Source of the DNA: Selaginella moellendorffii
Taxonomy: Eukaryota; Plantae; Lycopodiophyta
Reading direction: 5' to 3'
DNA: 64,000 nucleotides
Assembly: GCF_000143415.4 (NCBI RefSeq)
Contig: NW_003314261.1
Location: forward strand, 4,856,418-4,920,417
Shown: positions 1 to 12,676 of the stretch, one piece after another
Numbering within the stretch: the first letter of the stretch is position 1
Layout of the letters: each line of letters begins with the position of its first letter
Position numbers and translations under genes: made by a program
Notes under the pieces: model-generated
The model's input: the letters and a program-made list of their open reading frames with translations, nothing else
Told to the model about the DNA's origin: nothing
Database searches by the model: none

Positions 1-760
1 AGTCACTTACAGGTACAAGAACATCATTGTATGCTTGTGTAAACACTATTTTCAGAAGTATCGTGCTCAGAGGAAGCGCAAGCGCGCTGAATCGAAACAG
101 AAGTGCTCAAGCTTAGAGCCGCTGAATAAACGCGATTGTCTACACATCCAACCTTCTCCATCCATTCCTTCTACGTGCCTGGCCATGTATGGGGACTCCC
201 TGCTCAAGGTTGGCCACCTCCAAAGCCTTTGCACCAGGTACTCGTAGAGTTCCTTTTCAGTATGGGTGCCTGATTCTAGTTTTTGCAGAATTCCATTTCC
301 GCATGGCAGACAACGGGTCCACCTGCAAAGCATGTATGTGTTGTTTTTAAGCACCGACTTGTTTTCTCTGAATTTGCAGTCAAGAAACGCAAACAAAGAT
401 GAATCGCGTGTAAGGTCTAAACTATCTTTACCGATGGGACTTAAGCCTCCGATGATCGCGGGTCTAATCGAAGAACTCAGGAAACTGGCTCAAAGAGCTA
501 AGTGAAGATTCAACGAGGGCAGGCTGTATGGTGGGCTCTTCAGCGGAGTAGCTGATGGATCATCCAAACATCCCGTAAGCCGAACTTGGACTTTCAATAT
601 TGGATAGCTGAACTAGTCAGACTCTTGACTTCGAGAACAGACTGGGAAGACGCACTCTCTTCTGAGCTGCAACTACAGGTAGCTAAAACTAGTGCTTGAT
701 CTTTGTTTTAATCCTTTGGTGTTTGCAGGAGTCGAGTACCTGCGAGAAGAGTCCAGTTAA
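1..760 (+). CDS. 3' end of an unidentified multi-exon gene (partial, runs off window)
   Basis: Repeated polypyrimidine-AG/GT splice-like sites (acceptors near 55, 288, 379, 728), an exon-like basic peptide KYRAQRKRKRAESKQK, and a TAA near 758-760; no family recognised. Confidence 0.35.
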
Positions 761-806
761 ATCATATGAAACTGAAACCGAGACATTACAGCAGGTAGCT
801 TACCTC

Positions 807-1217
807 CTAGAAGAGTGATCCCGCTCCTGATCCTGCTCTGGGTGACTTTGCAGGATACTCGGGCACTCTATTTCCTCTCTCGTCATACAGGATGAGGCCA
901 GAGAAATCCGGAGGCTCGCACTTCTCGCCCGTGAGAATCGTTCTCTGCCACACGGCTCCCGTGTTCTCCCAGAACATATCGTCCTGCTTCCTGTACTGCT
1001 GCTCCACGCGCAAAAGAGCAGCTTTGCGCTTGGCTTCCTTGCGCTTTGACAACCACTTGAGCTTGGCCAAGGCCCTTGGAGTTAAACATCCTTCGCTGCC
1101 AGAGAGCGAGCCAGACCTGTCGAGCGAATCCTCCGAGTCTGCTAACTCCTTGCTAGAAATTCTCTTGACGGTAAACATTCCCAGCAGCGTAGCGAACCAT
1201 CTCGTCATGTGATTCAT
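807..1217 (-). CDS. Plant-specific uncharacterized protein of the WQRTIL(M/T)GEKC-P-DFSG-I-YD family
   Basis: ORF 807..1298 contains VWQRTILTGEKCEPPDFSGLILYDERG, a recognisable conserved plant motif; first ATG at 1217 follows a probable 5'UTR intron. Confidence 0.7.
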   Translation of the reverse strand: MNHMTRWFATLLGMFTVKRISSKELADSEDSLDRSGSLSGSEGCLTPRALAKLKWLSKRKEAKRKAALLRVEQQYRKQDDMFWENTGAVWQRTILTGEKCEPPDFSGLILYDERGNRVPEYPAKSPRAGSGAGSLF

Positions 1218-2681
1218 CGTGCTCCTTGTTTTTCGATGCAGGCTAGCTAGCTCGGCCTGCTGAGTAGCGAGTGAGATAGGCTGGAGAGCCGCAGACAAAG
1301 GGGCTTGTCTCTTACCTCGAAGAGAGCGTAAGTTTTTCTAGACGATCCCGCTATCCTTGTTTGACTCGCAAAGCCCGAAGTGCACCTTGCAGATTGGTGC
1401 GAATGTTCGCTGGCGTGCCATATATCAGTTCGTGCGCATGAGTGCTCCCGGAGTGGAGCGAGGCTCGCTCACACGTCGACGAATCCACTTACCGAGTGAA
1501 AGGTGAAAGAGAATTTGGAGTCGCAATCAACTATGCGGCCCCGGAACAAGATGGAGGGAGGGATAGACGAGAAAGAGAGATCATATATAAAGGTAGACAC
1601 TGAACACTCTCTTGCGTCGCCGTGGATTAATTCCTTTGAGCTACAGGAATCGAGAGAACAGCAGCGGTCAATCAGTATATATTTCCATCGTCAAAAACTA
1701 TATCTTTTGTAAGCTGGCTTGCCTTTGCTTTGCTCGATCACCCGGCTAACTCTCTTTCTCGCGCAGGCTTTTCAGAAAATGTAGTGTAAGGAAGGTCGGT
1801 GGTAGCAGCCAGGAAGGCGAGAGAGAAACTTTAATACGAGGACAGCTCGCAGTGGACGGTCAATAATCAAAGGTCAATCCTTCAACTGCCATAGCTTTTC
1901 TTTAACTTGCTTACGGACACACAGAGGGAGCGAGAGGAGACCACGCGGCCAAGAAGACGAAGATAGACTCACGCAAATAAGATCGATTCGTGAGAGCTTC
2001 CTTACACAGGTAAGCGTTGAAGACAAGTTCTTCTTTCGCTTTGGAAAAATATATCTCCGACACTCCCGGGTCTCTCTCTCTAGGTGGGTGTTGAATCGAT
2101 TTGCCTCGCTGGTGTCACTCACAACTCGTGTTCGTGATATTCAAAGGTGGGCGATGGATGGACGAGCACTAGCCGAGCTCAGCGGAGTTTTATAGCGAAA
2201 ACAAAGACGAGAGTAATCCGCAAGGCGAGACAACACAGTGTTCCCGTGAGCCGGAAGAAAGAACAAACTACCAACAATGGTTTTAGTCGGTTTTAGCAGT
2301 GGCCTGGATACTTCCACCGCCCTCGACATCGAAGCGATCGAAGTGAGAGCGAGGCAAGACTACTTTTTTGTGATTGACAAGGCTGGCCCATCCTCTTTTG
2401 TTCTTAGTTCCAACCAGTTTCGACAAGACCAACCGGAGCGAGATATGAAAGAGACAACAATTCTTGTATCAACCGCAAGTTTCTCGTGAACTTACATGGA
2501 GGATCAAGAAGGTACTTTCAAAAGCAAGCTCTCTAGATTTTTTTTTAATCTTTTGCTTTGGCAGTCACGCCCTGTAACTGGAAGATGATTGAGAACCGGA
2601 CTACCAGTGGGGACTACGCACTCACCAGCCGAAAGAAGTCCGGAAGAAGAAACAAAGCGAGGAAGTTGCCCAGCCGACATC

Positions 2682-4253
2682 TCACGTAGTAGCCTCGGCG
2701 ATGCTACTCGCAAGGACGCTGCCAAAGTTATTGAAGTAGTTGTCGGGCTCCGTCACGAAGCAGGAGATGATGTCGCGCAAAGTCACCACACCCACGATGC
2801 GTTGCTTGTCGTCCACGATGTGGATGCGGTGGATGCCTTTTGTGGAGAGCACGTCGATCACCTCGCCCAGGCTGGTGCTCTCCTCGCAAGTTATCGGCGG
2901 CATCATCAGCGCTGGATGGGGGTCGTGAGTGGACGACTTGGCGCTGTGCATGAAATCATACACCGTCAACTCCCTGCGCAGTAAAGAAAAAGCGAGTTAC
3001 TACTTCGTCAACTAGAAGAAAATCTGTGGTTACCTCCGCCTGGAACAAAGCTCGGGTTGAAGCAACAAGAACCGGATGTCCCGCATGCTGATGTTTCCAA
3101 CCAGTTCCTTCTGCTCGCCTTTCACGACCGGCAGACCGCCAACGTTCTTCTCGCGCATGAGCACGAAGGCGTCGAGTACCAACTTGTCTGCATCAATCGA
3201 CACCACCTGTGGGAGCCGCGTTAGAGACATGAGGAAGAGATGGAGAAAGACAAACCTGGTCCGGGGTCATGCGAGGCAGTCCCAGTTGAAAGATACTCTT
3301 GTCGGCAATGAAGTCGAACCAGTCACGTCCGCGGCACATCGCCAGGCCCTTGACAACAGCCGACTGAGTTATCAAGTTCTTCACCGTCGGCTGGTCCTTG
3401 TCCACGATCGGGATGCTCCGGAGCCGAAACTTGGACAGCAGCAACAGAACCGTCAGCATGGTGTCGTCCGGTTGCACGGGAAGAAACGGAGCCCATCGAA
3501 ACGACTTCGTGATCTCCCAGACCTGCAGAGCAAAAACGAAGGAGATACAAAAGATAAGCTGGTGGAAGACATACTACGTTACCTTGGTGGACTTGAAAGG
3601 CTCTTCGTTGAGAATGACCCGGAAGAAATCCTCGCCGAGAGAGTCCGCCGCAGTGGAAGCATTCTTTCCAGGTCCTTTGTCCGCAGCCACACCACCAGCT
3701 ATGGCGGCACCCACGGCAGCAGCAGTGAGTCCCACGACAACTCCGGGTCCTGTGGCTCCGAGTGCCAGAGCTCCGAGAGCTCCAACAGCGCCGGCTCCCA
3801 TTCCAGCCGCTGCTGCCGAGCCGGAGGCTAGAGCGGTGGCAGCAAGCTCGGCCTTTTCCAGCACCCAGAGGATGATCACCGAGTAGTCCACCATCCCCAA
3901 GTAACGCTCGGACCAGCGCTCCTTGGCGTCGGCGTCTGGGATCTTCACGGGTGCCGAGAAGATGTTCTTCTCCGAGAGAATTCGAACGGTGTCGGCGATG
4001 GTTGTATCAGCTGCGATCTCCACGACTGTGATCCACGATCATGCAAAGAAGTTTTTTTTTCAGTAGAGTTCCTACGATGGGAATTTCTCATACCTTCGCC
4101 AGACGGCACGTCCGGGAAGTAAGAAACTGGGATCTTCGCGAAGGCGGAGTTGAGGAGCTCCTGGATCCCTGAGGGGACGCCCCGCTGGCACAGAACCCTC
4201 TCGTGCTCGTTCCACAGCCTCACGAGCTCCGAATGTAGATCCTCCGACGCCAT
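2682..4253 (-). CDS. CBS-domain protein, SNF1-related kinase regulatory subunit gamma-1-like (5 exons)
   Basis: Exon peptides with CBS repeats (ILSEKNIFSAPV, LLLLSKFRLRSIPIVD, VGGLPVV..LVGNISMRDIRFLL, IHRIHIVD..VGVVTLRDII), an Ala/Gly hydrophobic insert, and GT-AG introns linking the ORF pieces. Confidence 0.85.
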
Positions 4254-4642
4254 GGCAGTCCCTAATCCCTGATCTGTGAGAGAAACTCGCCGATCGGCAG
4301 CTGCAAGAAGAGCGCATCGGCCAAGAAATGCGAAATGCGTCGCCGCGATCTTGCTACGCGACGATCATACCTGGAATGACGTGCAAATCTCCCGCAAAGA
4401 AGAGCGCGATCACATAAACCCTAAGAAAACACTGTGAAAAGAAAGTCGCACAGTGAGAGATGAGGTGGCGGCCTTTCAGGCCACCAGCTGGGATTACAGC
4501 AAGACGACACGTGTAGAGCGAGTAAGTTCCACAGGGGTTTTCTAGGGTTTTCTTCCGATCACAGATTTCTGGATCGATTGATGTTTGCGATCACGGTATG
4601 GATCTCTACATTGCTAAATTTCTCTCGTATGTTTGTTTCCAG

Positions 4643-6266
4643 ATGGATTTCGCGGAGATCGATAGGCACCTGGGCGCTGCATGGCTCGGCGCTGCTTTAA
4701 TCTGTGTCGCGGCGGCGCTGCCAATTAAAGCGCTCCATCCTCTCCGATCTCTGGTGCTTGCCTGCTGCCGTAGAGGAAAGCTCCTCCATTCTTCTTCTTC
4801 TTCTTCGTCAAAGGTAAGCATTTAATTAATAGTTCCATAGCTAGGAAGAAATCATAGCTTTCTCCACTGGATTTTTCTCATGTCGACATACTCCACACTC
4901 CATCTATTTCAATTCACTTCCATAGCTTCCTTTCCCTTAGGTAGAAACCATAGCTTTCTCCACTGTGGATTTTTTTCTCCACACTCCACAGTGCCAACTT
5001 CAATTTTCCTTTCCATTTCAATTCACTTCCATAGCTTCCTTTCCCTTAGGTAGAAACCAACTGTGGATTTTTTCTCCACGTACTCCAACAGTGTCAACTT
5101 ACATTTTCCTTGCAGAGATTCACTGTTCCACAGAGCTTCTTCACGCACTTCTACGTTGTTGGTGTGACTTGGAACACTCTTTTGCTCGCCGCGGCCACAC
5201 TCTCGTCGTGCATGTGTACACTATCATCAGCATCAGATGGAATCCAGTTCTCGGCGCTGGTCGAGCAATTCACCGGGGCTGGAGCTTCCGCCGGCTCGGG
5301 CTCCATCCCGTCCATGGCCAAGCAGAAGCAACGGGGCTGGACGGTCGTCCTTTTGCTACTCCTTATGGAGCTCCAGGTGTGCCGGAGGCTTTACGAGTCC
5401 CTGATGGTTCTATCCTATGGCCCGGACGCTCGGATGCATCTCCTCGGCTACCTCGTCGGACTCTTGTGAGTAGCACTGCTTTTGGTTTTCTCGAGTTTCC
5501 GGACTTGGAGAGCTTACTTTTCTCAGCTTCTATGTGGCAGCTCCGCTCTCGCTGTGCTGCCAAGAAATCGGAGAGATCATGATCAACACTCTCGGCACGG
5601 TCTCACAGGGCCGGTTACGGAGTTCGTGCGCTTGGAACCCCGACACGCGGTGGTGGGAATGTTTCCATTACTCACCGTGGAGGCTGAACTGGTACCAGTG
5701 GCTGGGTGCGCTACTCTTTCTATGGGGGTGGTACCACCAGTACAAGTGCCATCAGATCTTGGTAAGTGCTCCTCGTTTTCTGGACTTCTGGAAAGGCCGG
5801 CTCCTTAATCGGGCTTTGCTTTTACTCTCTAGGCCTCGCTCTCGAGCGAAGAAGAGTCAGGAGAAGGCAAAACGTACGTGATACCATATGGGGACTGGTT
5901 TGACAAAGTTTCCTGTGCTCATTACCTCTCCGAGATCGTAAGTTCATTCCCCCGGAGCTTCGCATCATACTTCCGACTTAAACTCCTCTACTTTTTTTTT
6001 TGGAAAGGTCATGTACTTCGGCCTCGTGTTTGCAAGTGGAGGGACGCAAGCTACGATATGGTTTTTACTCGCCTGGGTGGTACTAAATTCTTTTTTTCTT
6101 TTTCTTTTTTTGTCGATAAAGGTGGAAATTTGATCGTGATTTTTTATTTTGTTTCGTCCAGTTCTCAAATCTCTATCTGGCCGCCAAGGAAACACATGAG
6201 TGGTATCTGTCCAAGTTCGAGAACTATCCCAAGAACAGGAAGGCGTTAATACCGTTTCTTTACTGA
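4643..6266 (+). CDS. PPRD: Polyprenol reductase (steroid 5-alpha-reductase family, SRD5A3/DFG10-like), 6 exons
   Basis: [53 protein letters not shown] and C-terminal [25 protein letters not shown]. Confidence 0.9.
4852..5100. repeat. Imperfect tandem duplication (~110-120 bp unit) in intron 1 of the polyprenol reductase coding region
   Basis: atttcaattcacttccatagcttcctttcccttaggtagaaacca occurs twice (near 4906 and 5015); a ctg(tg)gattttt-type block occurs three times. Confidence 0.85.
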
Positions 6267-6562
6267 AGCATGGCAAGCACATATGTATATCTATGAATGT
6301 ACACGACGAAGAAAGCAAAGTTTGTAAGTATACTGCCCGAGTTTGTGTCAATAAATTCCCAGGATCTTGGTACGGTGCTTTAACATGTTTTTCTTTTTAC
6401 TGTAGTAATAAAAGTAAGTACTTCGCTAATCATCCCCCGCATCCAGCAGTTTTCTTTACAGTAAAAGCAGTACCACCAGGTGGGGGGGATGGCGTAAAAA
6501 ACCCACACGAAGAACCAAAAACAAAAGAGAAGAGAGAAAAAGCTTCGCTTTTGGCGTCGCGA

Positions 6563-7834
6563 TCAATCCAGATAGGATTGCATGCACACCAGGCCTTGGA
6601 GGAGCTGCATGTCATACATCAACGTGGATTCGTCACCGAGCAGCGATGATGAAAAACTCTCGACGTCGTCGATAATCTCGTCGGTGAGATTCCTGACTTG
6701 GCCGCCGCCGCCGCCGCCGTTTTGTTGATCCTGATTCGGACGATCTTCTTTCTCTCGATGATCGTGAAGAGGAGACGCTGCAGGAATCGCTACCTGCTGC
6801 TGCTGGGCGATCGTCACCTGCGGCTGGATCGCACTGCAAGAACTCGAGGGAGTGGCAGTGGTGGTGCCGAGATTAAACTCGCGCGACGAGGATGAGCTGT
6901 TGGTGGTGGCTATGGTGTCACTCCAAAGTCCACAGCTCACCTCATACAAGCTGGGGATGTTTAAGTTGCTAGCGTCAAAGATGAAGCCACTGCAAATCTC
7001 GTCCGGGGAGAGCCGCTGCTCGGGAGGATGATCTTGCTGCTGGATTTGCATTTGAGCCGCGACTTGGAGCCATAGAGACGACGTGGAGGAGGAAGAACGG
7101 TCGTGATGCCTCTCGAAGCTCGCAGTGCTGCTGCTCGAGGAGTGACGATCTGGACAAAGATCCCGCGGAGACAAAGGTCCAGTGCTTTTGATCGGAGTGG
7201 TGGTAGTGGTGGTGGCAGTAGTGGCAGTAGCGGCGGATTGGATGTTGGTGGAAAGAGATGGCTGGATGGAAGAACTCTTGGCGTTGGAGGAAGAAGAAGG
7301 AGAGGAGGACATGTTGCTCGAATCGTAGATCGGCCAGCGGTGGTGCTGGAGGGGCTGGCTCGGCGCTTGCCCGAAGCCCTGGGCGATCCTGGGAAGCAAG
7401 AATGGCCCGCGCTGGACGAGCTCCATGGTCGCCGGGAGAGGGGCCATCGGCGCCGCCAAATTCGAGGAGCACTGCGATAGCGTCGGCCCCGAGGAATAAC
7501 ACCCGGAGCAAGACGATGAGGAGGAAGCGAGCGGAGAAGAAGGAGAAGGAGAAGAAGAGGAAGAAGAATACTGGAAATTCGTTCTTGCTCGCGCGCCGCG
7601 CATCGCCCTGGCGGCATTGTCGTAGGCGATCGCCGCGTCCTCGGCGGTGTCGAAGGTGCCCAGCCATCGCCGCTCCTTGCTCCTGGGATCCCTGATCTCC
7701 GCCGCGTAGCGCCCCCACGGCCGCCGGCGCACGCCCCGATACCGCCCCTCGCCCGCCGGAGGAGCAAGAGGCGAAGGCTTCGCTACCACCGCCGCCGCCG
7801 CTCCATCGCTGCCATCGCATCGCGCTCGCTTCAT
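6563..7834 (-). CDS. AP2/ERF transcription factor, group VIIIb-like (DRN/ESR1, LEP, PUCHI type), intronless
   Basis: [58 protein letters not shown]; Ser/Gln-rich tail; ATG at 7834. Confidence 0.9.
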   Translation of the reverse strand: MKRARCDGSDGAAAAVVAKPSPLAPPAGEGRYRGVRRRPWGRYAAEIRDPRSKERRWLGTFDTAEDAAIAYDNAARAMRGARARTNFQYSSSSSSPSPSSPLASSSSSCSGCYSSGPTLSQCSSNLAAPMAPLPATMELVQRGPFLLPRIAQGFGQAPSQPLQHHRWPIYDSSNMSSSPSSSSNAKSSSIQPSLSTNIQSAATATTATTTTTTPIKSTGPLSPRDLCPDRHSSSSSTASFERHHDRSSSSTSSLWLQVAAQMQIQQQDHPPEQRLSPDEICSGFIFDASNLNIPSLYEVSCGLWSDTIATTNSSSSSREFNLGTTTATPSSSCSAIQPQVTIAQQQQVAIPAASPLHDHREKEDRPNQDQQNGGGGGGQVRNLTDEIIDDVESFSSSLLGDESTLMYDMQLLQGLVCMQSYLD

Positions 7835-7901
7835 CGCCCTAGCACACGCTCCAAGCGACTGATCAGTGGAGAAGAAATCCAAGCTAAAGAACACGGGAGA
7901 A

Positions 7902-7911
7902 ATTTATATAA
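7902..7911 (-). promoter_or_regulatory. TATA box of the ERF gene
   Basis: TATATAAAT on the minus strand ~70 nt upstream of the ATG. Confidence 0.6.
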
Positions 7912-8108
7912 GCCCCGGCGCATATTCCCCGAATAAAAAAAAATGGCGGCGTTACCCTCAGGTGGGGAATCCACGGCCCGGGTGATGCCACGTGTCAGGT
8001 AGTCTGACGTGTCTCTATCCACCCGAGTATGATGTCCTAGGAGAGGTAGTTAATGACAAGGTGGTGGGGAATATTCATACGGGAATCTAGCCCATAAAAC
8101 GTACGTCC

Positions 8109-8136
8109 GTGTGTGTGTGTGTGTGAGTGTGTGTGG
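8109..8136. repeat. (GT)n microsatellite
   Basis: gtgtgtgtgtgtgtgtgagtgtgtgtg. Confidence 0.9.
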
Positions 8137-8564
8137 GTTGCTTTCATGAGGGAGATTTCATTAGATTAAGTATAATAAATATTTAGTATAGTTAAGTAAT
8201 GGGTACGTATCTATGTAGCACCCAAGCTGTAAAACGAGTAAGCGTTAGCAGCTTTGTGCTAATTCAAAATGATTAAGCGCAAGGTGAAAAGATAGAATAT
8301 TAATCTTTTACTGGCTGGCGCAGGTTTTAACTTTACTGAGTATACAACGCCGTCGCAGGTACGTATGTCGGGGGAAGGTCGGACCGCCCGCCGCCGTCAA
8401 GTCCCCGTCAGTCAGGGGAGACGGAATAATTGTTAATAAGCGGAGAGATTCCTCCATGGAGGAATAATCTTCTCTGGCAGGTAAATTTGACAGCTCATTT
8501 CTATGGTAGAATTGCGCCAAGTTTGGGAGTCAAAAATAATTTGGAGGATGCGTTAGAGCGTCCA

Positions 8565-8638
8565 AGTTCTGTAGCTCAATTGGTCAGAGCGTTGGTCTTA
8601 TGAGCCGAAGGTCGCGGGTTCGACCCCCGCCAGAACTA
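8565..8638 (+). tRNA. tRNA-Ile (anticodon UAU), intronless
   Basis: Acceptor stem AGTTCTG/CAGAACT, D arm GCTCAATTGGTCAGAGC, anticodon loop CT-TAT-GA, T loop GGTTCGAC; oligo-T downstream at ~8668. Confidence 0.95.
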
Positions 8639-8763
8639 AGTCCTCTCCAAAACTAGTTAGTAATATATTTTGTTTTGGAAATATTTTGATATTTTTTATA
8701 TCAAGTCAAACATTATTATTGCTTATTATTTCAGTTAAAGCTTCTATTTCGTTAGAAAATTTC

Positions 8764-10403
8764 TCAGCTGGTTTGTACAAGGTTTTGGTGGATTTTCCAC
8801 ACGTTGAAGCCGTAGCCGATACGAATGAGCAGCAGCTCGAAGAGCATATGGAGGATGCTGGTCATTCTCAGCTTGGAGCCGGGGATCTCTGTCCAGTTCA
8901 CGGCAATCTCTAGCGCTGGGATCCCCAATCTCTTGCACAGGTACAAGAGCTCCACGTCGAAGCACCACCGCGTGAGCCTGAGATTGATGAAAAGTTGCTG
9001 TGCCGCGGACCTCGTGAACATCTTGAATCCACACTGGAGATGGAAGAAAATTCGGTAAATAAAGTTTCCATTTTCCATGAACACTGAAAACTATAACAAC
9101 AAACCTGAGTGTCTCGGATTCCAGAGCCGGCAGCAAGGAGGACGCACAGATGGAAGCCTTTCATGAGGAAGTTCCTGTACCATTTGCGCTGCGAAAAGAA
9201 AGCCAAGTGATCTTCAGTGATGTTCAAACTTCAAGGAAGAAGAAAAGAAGGAAAGCGTATCTACCGTTGCTAGAGCTTGTTGTTCTAGATGTGCGCGTGA
9301 CCCGCAGGCAACCAAGGGGACGTCAAAGATGTTTTCCACGGAAGGATCACGTAGCTTTTGTATCTTCTCCCCGTACGTCAGAATCTGCAGTGACAAAAAC
9401 AAAGCAAAACAAAAGATGTAAGTGTGCCAAAACTTGCTCTTCTGATCGTCCAGGAACTTACAGCATTTTCCAGCTTTTCTAAGTTTGTGATTTTAGTTGC
9501 CCCGTCCGCATCCAGCATCAGAATGAGCTCTCCTCTAGAGCAGAGAGCTCCCTTCAACAGCACGACGCATGAATCGACGGATAGAGTTATCAAACAAGAA
9601 AGAAATACCTTGGTGACGGCGGCTCCTTTCCCGCAATTGACGCCTTGCTTGATGAGCCTCACGTTGTCCATCTTATACTTCTTGATGTAATCGAATGCTA
9701 CTTTTACAGTGTTGTCTCGACTTCCATCGTCGACTATAATAATCTGCGAAAACAAAACACGATGTACAAAAAAAACTAGAAAAAAGAAGAGGAAAAAAAA
9801 AAACCACTAGAGAACTCTAAACTACTCACTTCGTAAGTGAATGACTTATTTACAGCAGCGCGGCCTTCCAGATATCTGCAAAGGAAAAAAAACGTTGAAG
9901 AATCCAAGGGAGAGAAAGATTTTCAAGGCAGAAAGATAAGTTTTTAGAACCTCAAGGTTTCGTCGAGAGTGAGAGGAAGCCTTGCCTCTTCATCAAAGGC
10001 CGGAATCACGAGAGACAAATATTTCTCGGGAGGTCCAAACACCGAAGGACATCGCACCTATTACGATACAAAAGCTCAGAAAAATTTTTGGACAAGAACA
10101 TGGAGCTACCTTCTCAAGGGACGAGGGATTCTCCAAGAAACTTGGTGTTGTAGTCCTGAAAGAACAACGAGGCCTCAGCCACAAGAGAGAAAAAAAAGGC
10201 CGATCGAAGCACAAGCTTACCCGCTTCCTTGATCGAGCTTTTGCGTCCACTCCACAATGTAGCTGAGGAGCCATAGCGCGCTGGAGAACACCTGATCTCC
10301 ATTCTCTCAAAAAAAAACTCGAAGAGGAAGGAGGGAGCCTTACCACGACGATAATTCCAACCAGCACTGGAGAAATCTGTGACAATGGGACCAAAAGTCC
10401 CAT
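8764..10403 (-). CDS. ALG5: Dolichyl-phosphate beta-glucosyltransferase (GT2), multi-exon
   Basis: IIIVDDGSRDNT, NCGKGAAV, LMLDADGATK, GSRAHLE, RDTQ|CGFKMFTR, RWCFDVELL, EIAVNWTEIPGSK; N-terminal TM segment. Confidence 0.93.
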
Positions 10404-10656
10404 CTCCTCCCGGCGAGCAGGGGCTGGACGAAGAACCCTAAAACCTAAAATTTGGTCACGTCCTTTTACCCCTGGAAAAAGAGCTCGCGATTTTATACGC
10501 GATGAATTGCCCTTGCTCGTCCATTCTCCTCCTATAGCCTTGATCTTGATTCTCACACTCGGCATTTGGATTGTCATGAAGATCGATCGAGGAGAGGATT
10601 CTTAACGAATATTAAAATATCCTCTTTTTTAAAGGGAAGATAAACCCTAAACCCCA

Positions 10657-12322
10657 ATGGCGCTTGTGTCGGTTCTTCATGGAGGTACGCTACGTCTCTC
10701 GATCGATTGTGTCATGAATCGCGATTTTGGCGGCAGGAAGATCAGCGATCGCGGGTCCAGGCATCGGCAGCAAGAGTACACATCTGGCAGGCTCTCGGCG
10801 GCATCGATGCGCGCTTGCCTCCTCTTCCTCATCGCTCAGCTCGCCTCCAGCGCCTCCATTCTCGCCCACGGCCGCCGCCAAGCTCGTTGCCGTGATTGGA
10901 GAGAATGCCGTGAGCCCCCTCCAGGAAACACCATGGCTGGAAGTCATGAACCATATGGTATGGTTTTAATTCTCCTTGATTCATCCACCTCGCTTTTCTT
11001 TCTCTTCTTTCCAGGTGAAGAGACTTCGCTGGACTGATGCTAGCTTTGAGATGCTCGTCTTCACGGACGAATCACTTCCAGAGAATCGAGAGTTCTCCTC
11101 GGCGGTCGCGAAAGCTGATATACTCCTGGGACTCGGGCTCGGAAATCCCGACACTGTAAGCTGGATCAACAGCGCGAGCTCGTCAGTGCCTACGAGGATT
11201 TGCTTCGACTCCACGGACAACTCCGGTACCTGGCTGGGAGGTGTCAAAGTTTTGCCTTTGGAGAGCCCGGTGGACCGGCTGCGCTCGATCGTCCCAGGAA
11301 CGAAGCTCGCCAAAGGCTTGAAGGTTCTGGACCTTGTCACCAACGCTTGGAGCCGTCACAGCAGCGACAACGTGTGCTTCGCGCTCCTGGTTCTCATCGA
11401 CTCGTACGTAGCTCCCGTGCCGCTGCTGAAAAACCTGCGAGCCACGAGCTTGTCACAAATCCAGTGCATGGCCAAGAACTGCGGGAAGGAGATTCTGGCT
11501 TGCCTCTTGGATCCAAGTTGCCGCAAGGCGCTCGACTGCCTGACGAGCTGTGCTCCAAACGACCAAGTTTGCAGCTACCGCTGTATCGTTTCGTACGAGA
11601 CGCCTACGCTCGAGGCCATCTCGCTGTGCATCCTCCAGAAGAACAACTGCTTGGGACTGAGCGCCGAGATCCAGAGCCAGCCGGTGGTGAAGCCGCTAGA
11701 AAAGTTCCGGGGACAAGAACTCACTCACACTCTGGCCGAGGACATCTTCATCGGCTGGCTGGGGACACTCAAGTGGAGCTGGAGGGTGGCCGCTGGCCAG
11801 AACGCTGCCTACGATCACTTCGCAAACCAGATCCAGCTCTACTACCGCGGGACCAAGAACTCGATGTGGTACGATCCTGTGTTCCAAGTGGAGACGTTAG
11901 AGGGAGAACTGGTGTGGAGAAGAAGACACTACCGTGCTCGCAGAGGAGAGGTTCCCGGCACCTTTTACTTCACAGTTCTCGACAACGGCGTCGTCTCGAA
12001 GGAGTTCTGGCGGATAGTCGACTGCGCCGACGATCTCTCCTGGGGGCTCTTCTACTACAGTGGCGCCGCCACGGCCGCGGGGCAGTCATACTCGGGTGCC
12101 GTGCTGGTGTCGCCGGATGGAATGTGGCCCGGCGAGCAGCACAGCGAGCGAGTTAACGCAGCTCTCGGCCGCTGCGGTATTAAGTTATGGGAGATGTACA
12201 CCGTCACCAACAACCGCTATGGTGACGAGGATGACGAGAGTGGAGAAGAAATTCCGCTGGGCCTTCCAGAGGGATCCAAGCTCCACCACCACTCGTCAAT
12301 CGTCAGCAGCTCGCGTGGTTAG
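10657..12322 (+). CDS. VDR: Violaxanthin de-epoxidase-related protein (VDR), plastid-targeted; 3 exons
   Basis: Cys-rich CMAKNCGKEILACLLDPSCRKALDCLTSCAPNDQVCSYRCIVSYE; lipocalin-like WRVAAGQNAAYD, WRRRHYR, LDNGVVSKEFWRIVD; introns ~10685-10736 and ~10958-11014. Confidence 0.88.
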
Positions 12323-12676
12323 CAGCACCTATTCCGGACCGTGAGTCTTGGGAAATAAAAAAGCAGTTGAGCGACTTACTTCCACTGGTGACGAGGATGG
12401 CTACATAGCAAGCCGGGAGTTCTTGCTTCCCAGAGCTGGAGCACGAAGAAGAGCAGCAACAAGGAGGGGTGTGAGAAGTCACGCCCGTATGTTCAACGTC
12501 GGGCTGCTCTTCAAGTTGTGTGCGTTCCTCGAGGAAGCACTCAGCGCGCTCATCAGTTCTACGTTCGTTCTTGTCGCCGAGGACGAGATCTAGAGAAGCT
12601 CCCGACGTCAGTGGTAAGCAGCGAAAGATAGTTGCAAGCACTTAACTCGATGAACTCCAGCAGGACACGTCCCTCG

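Noticed and set aside
12348-12641. Short ORFs between VDR and the GDSL gene
   Set aside because: Non-ATG starts and no motifs; more likely UTR sequence
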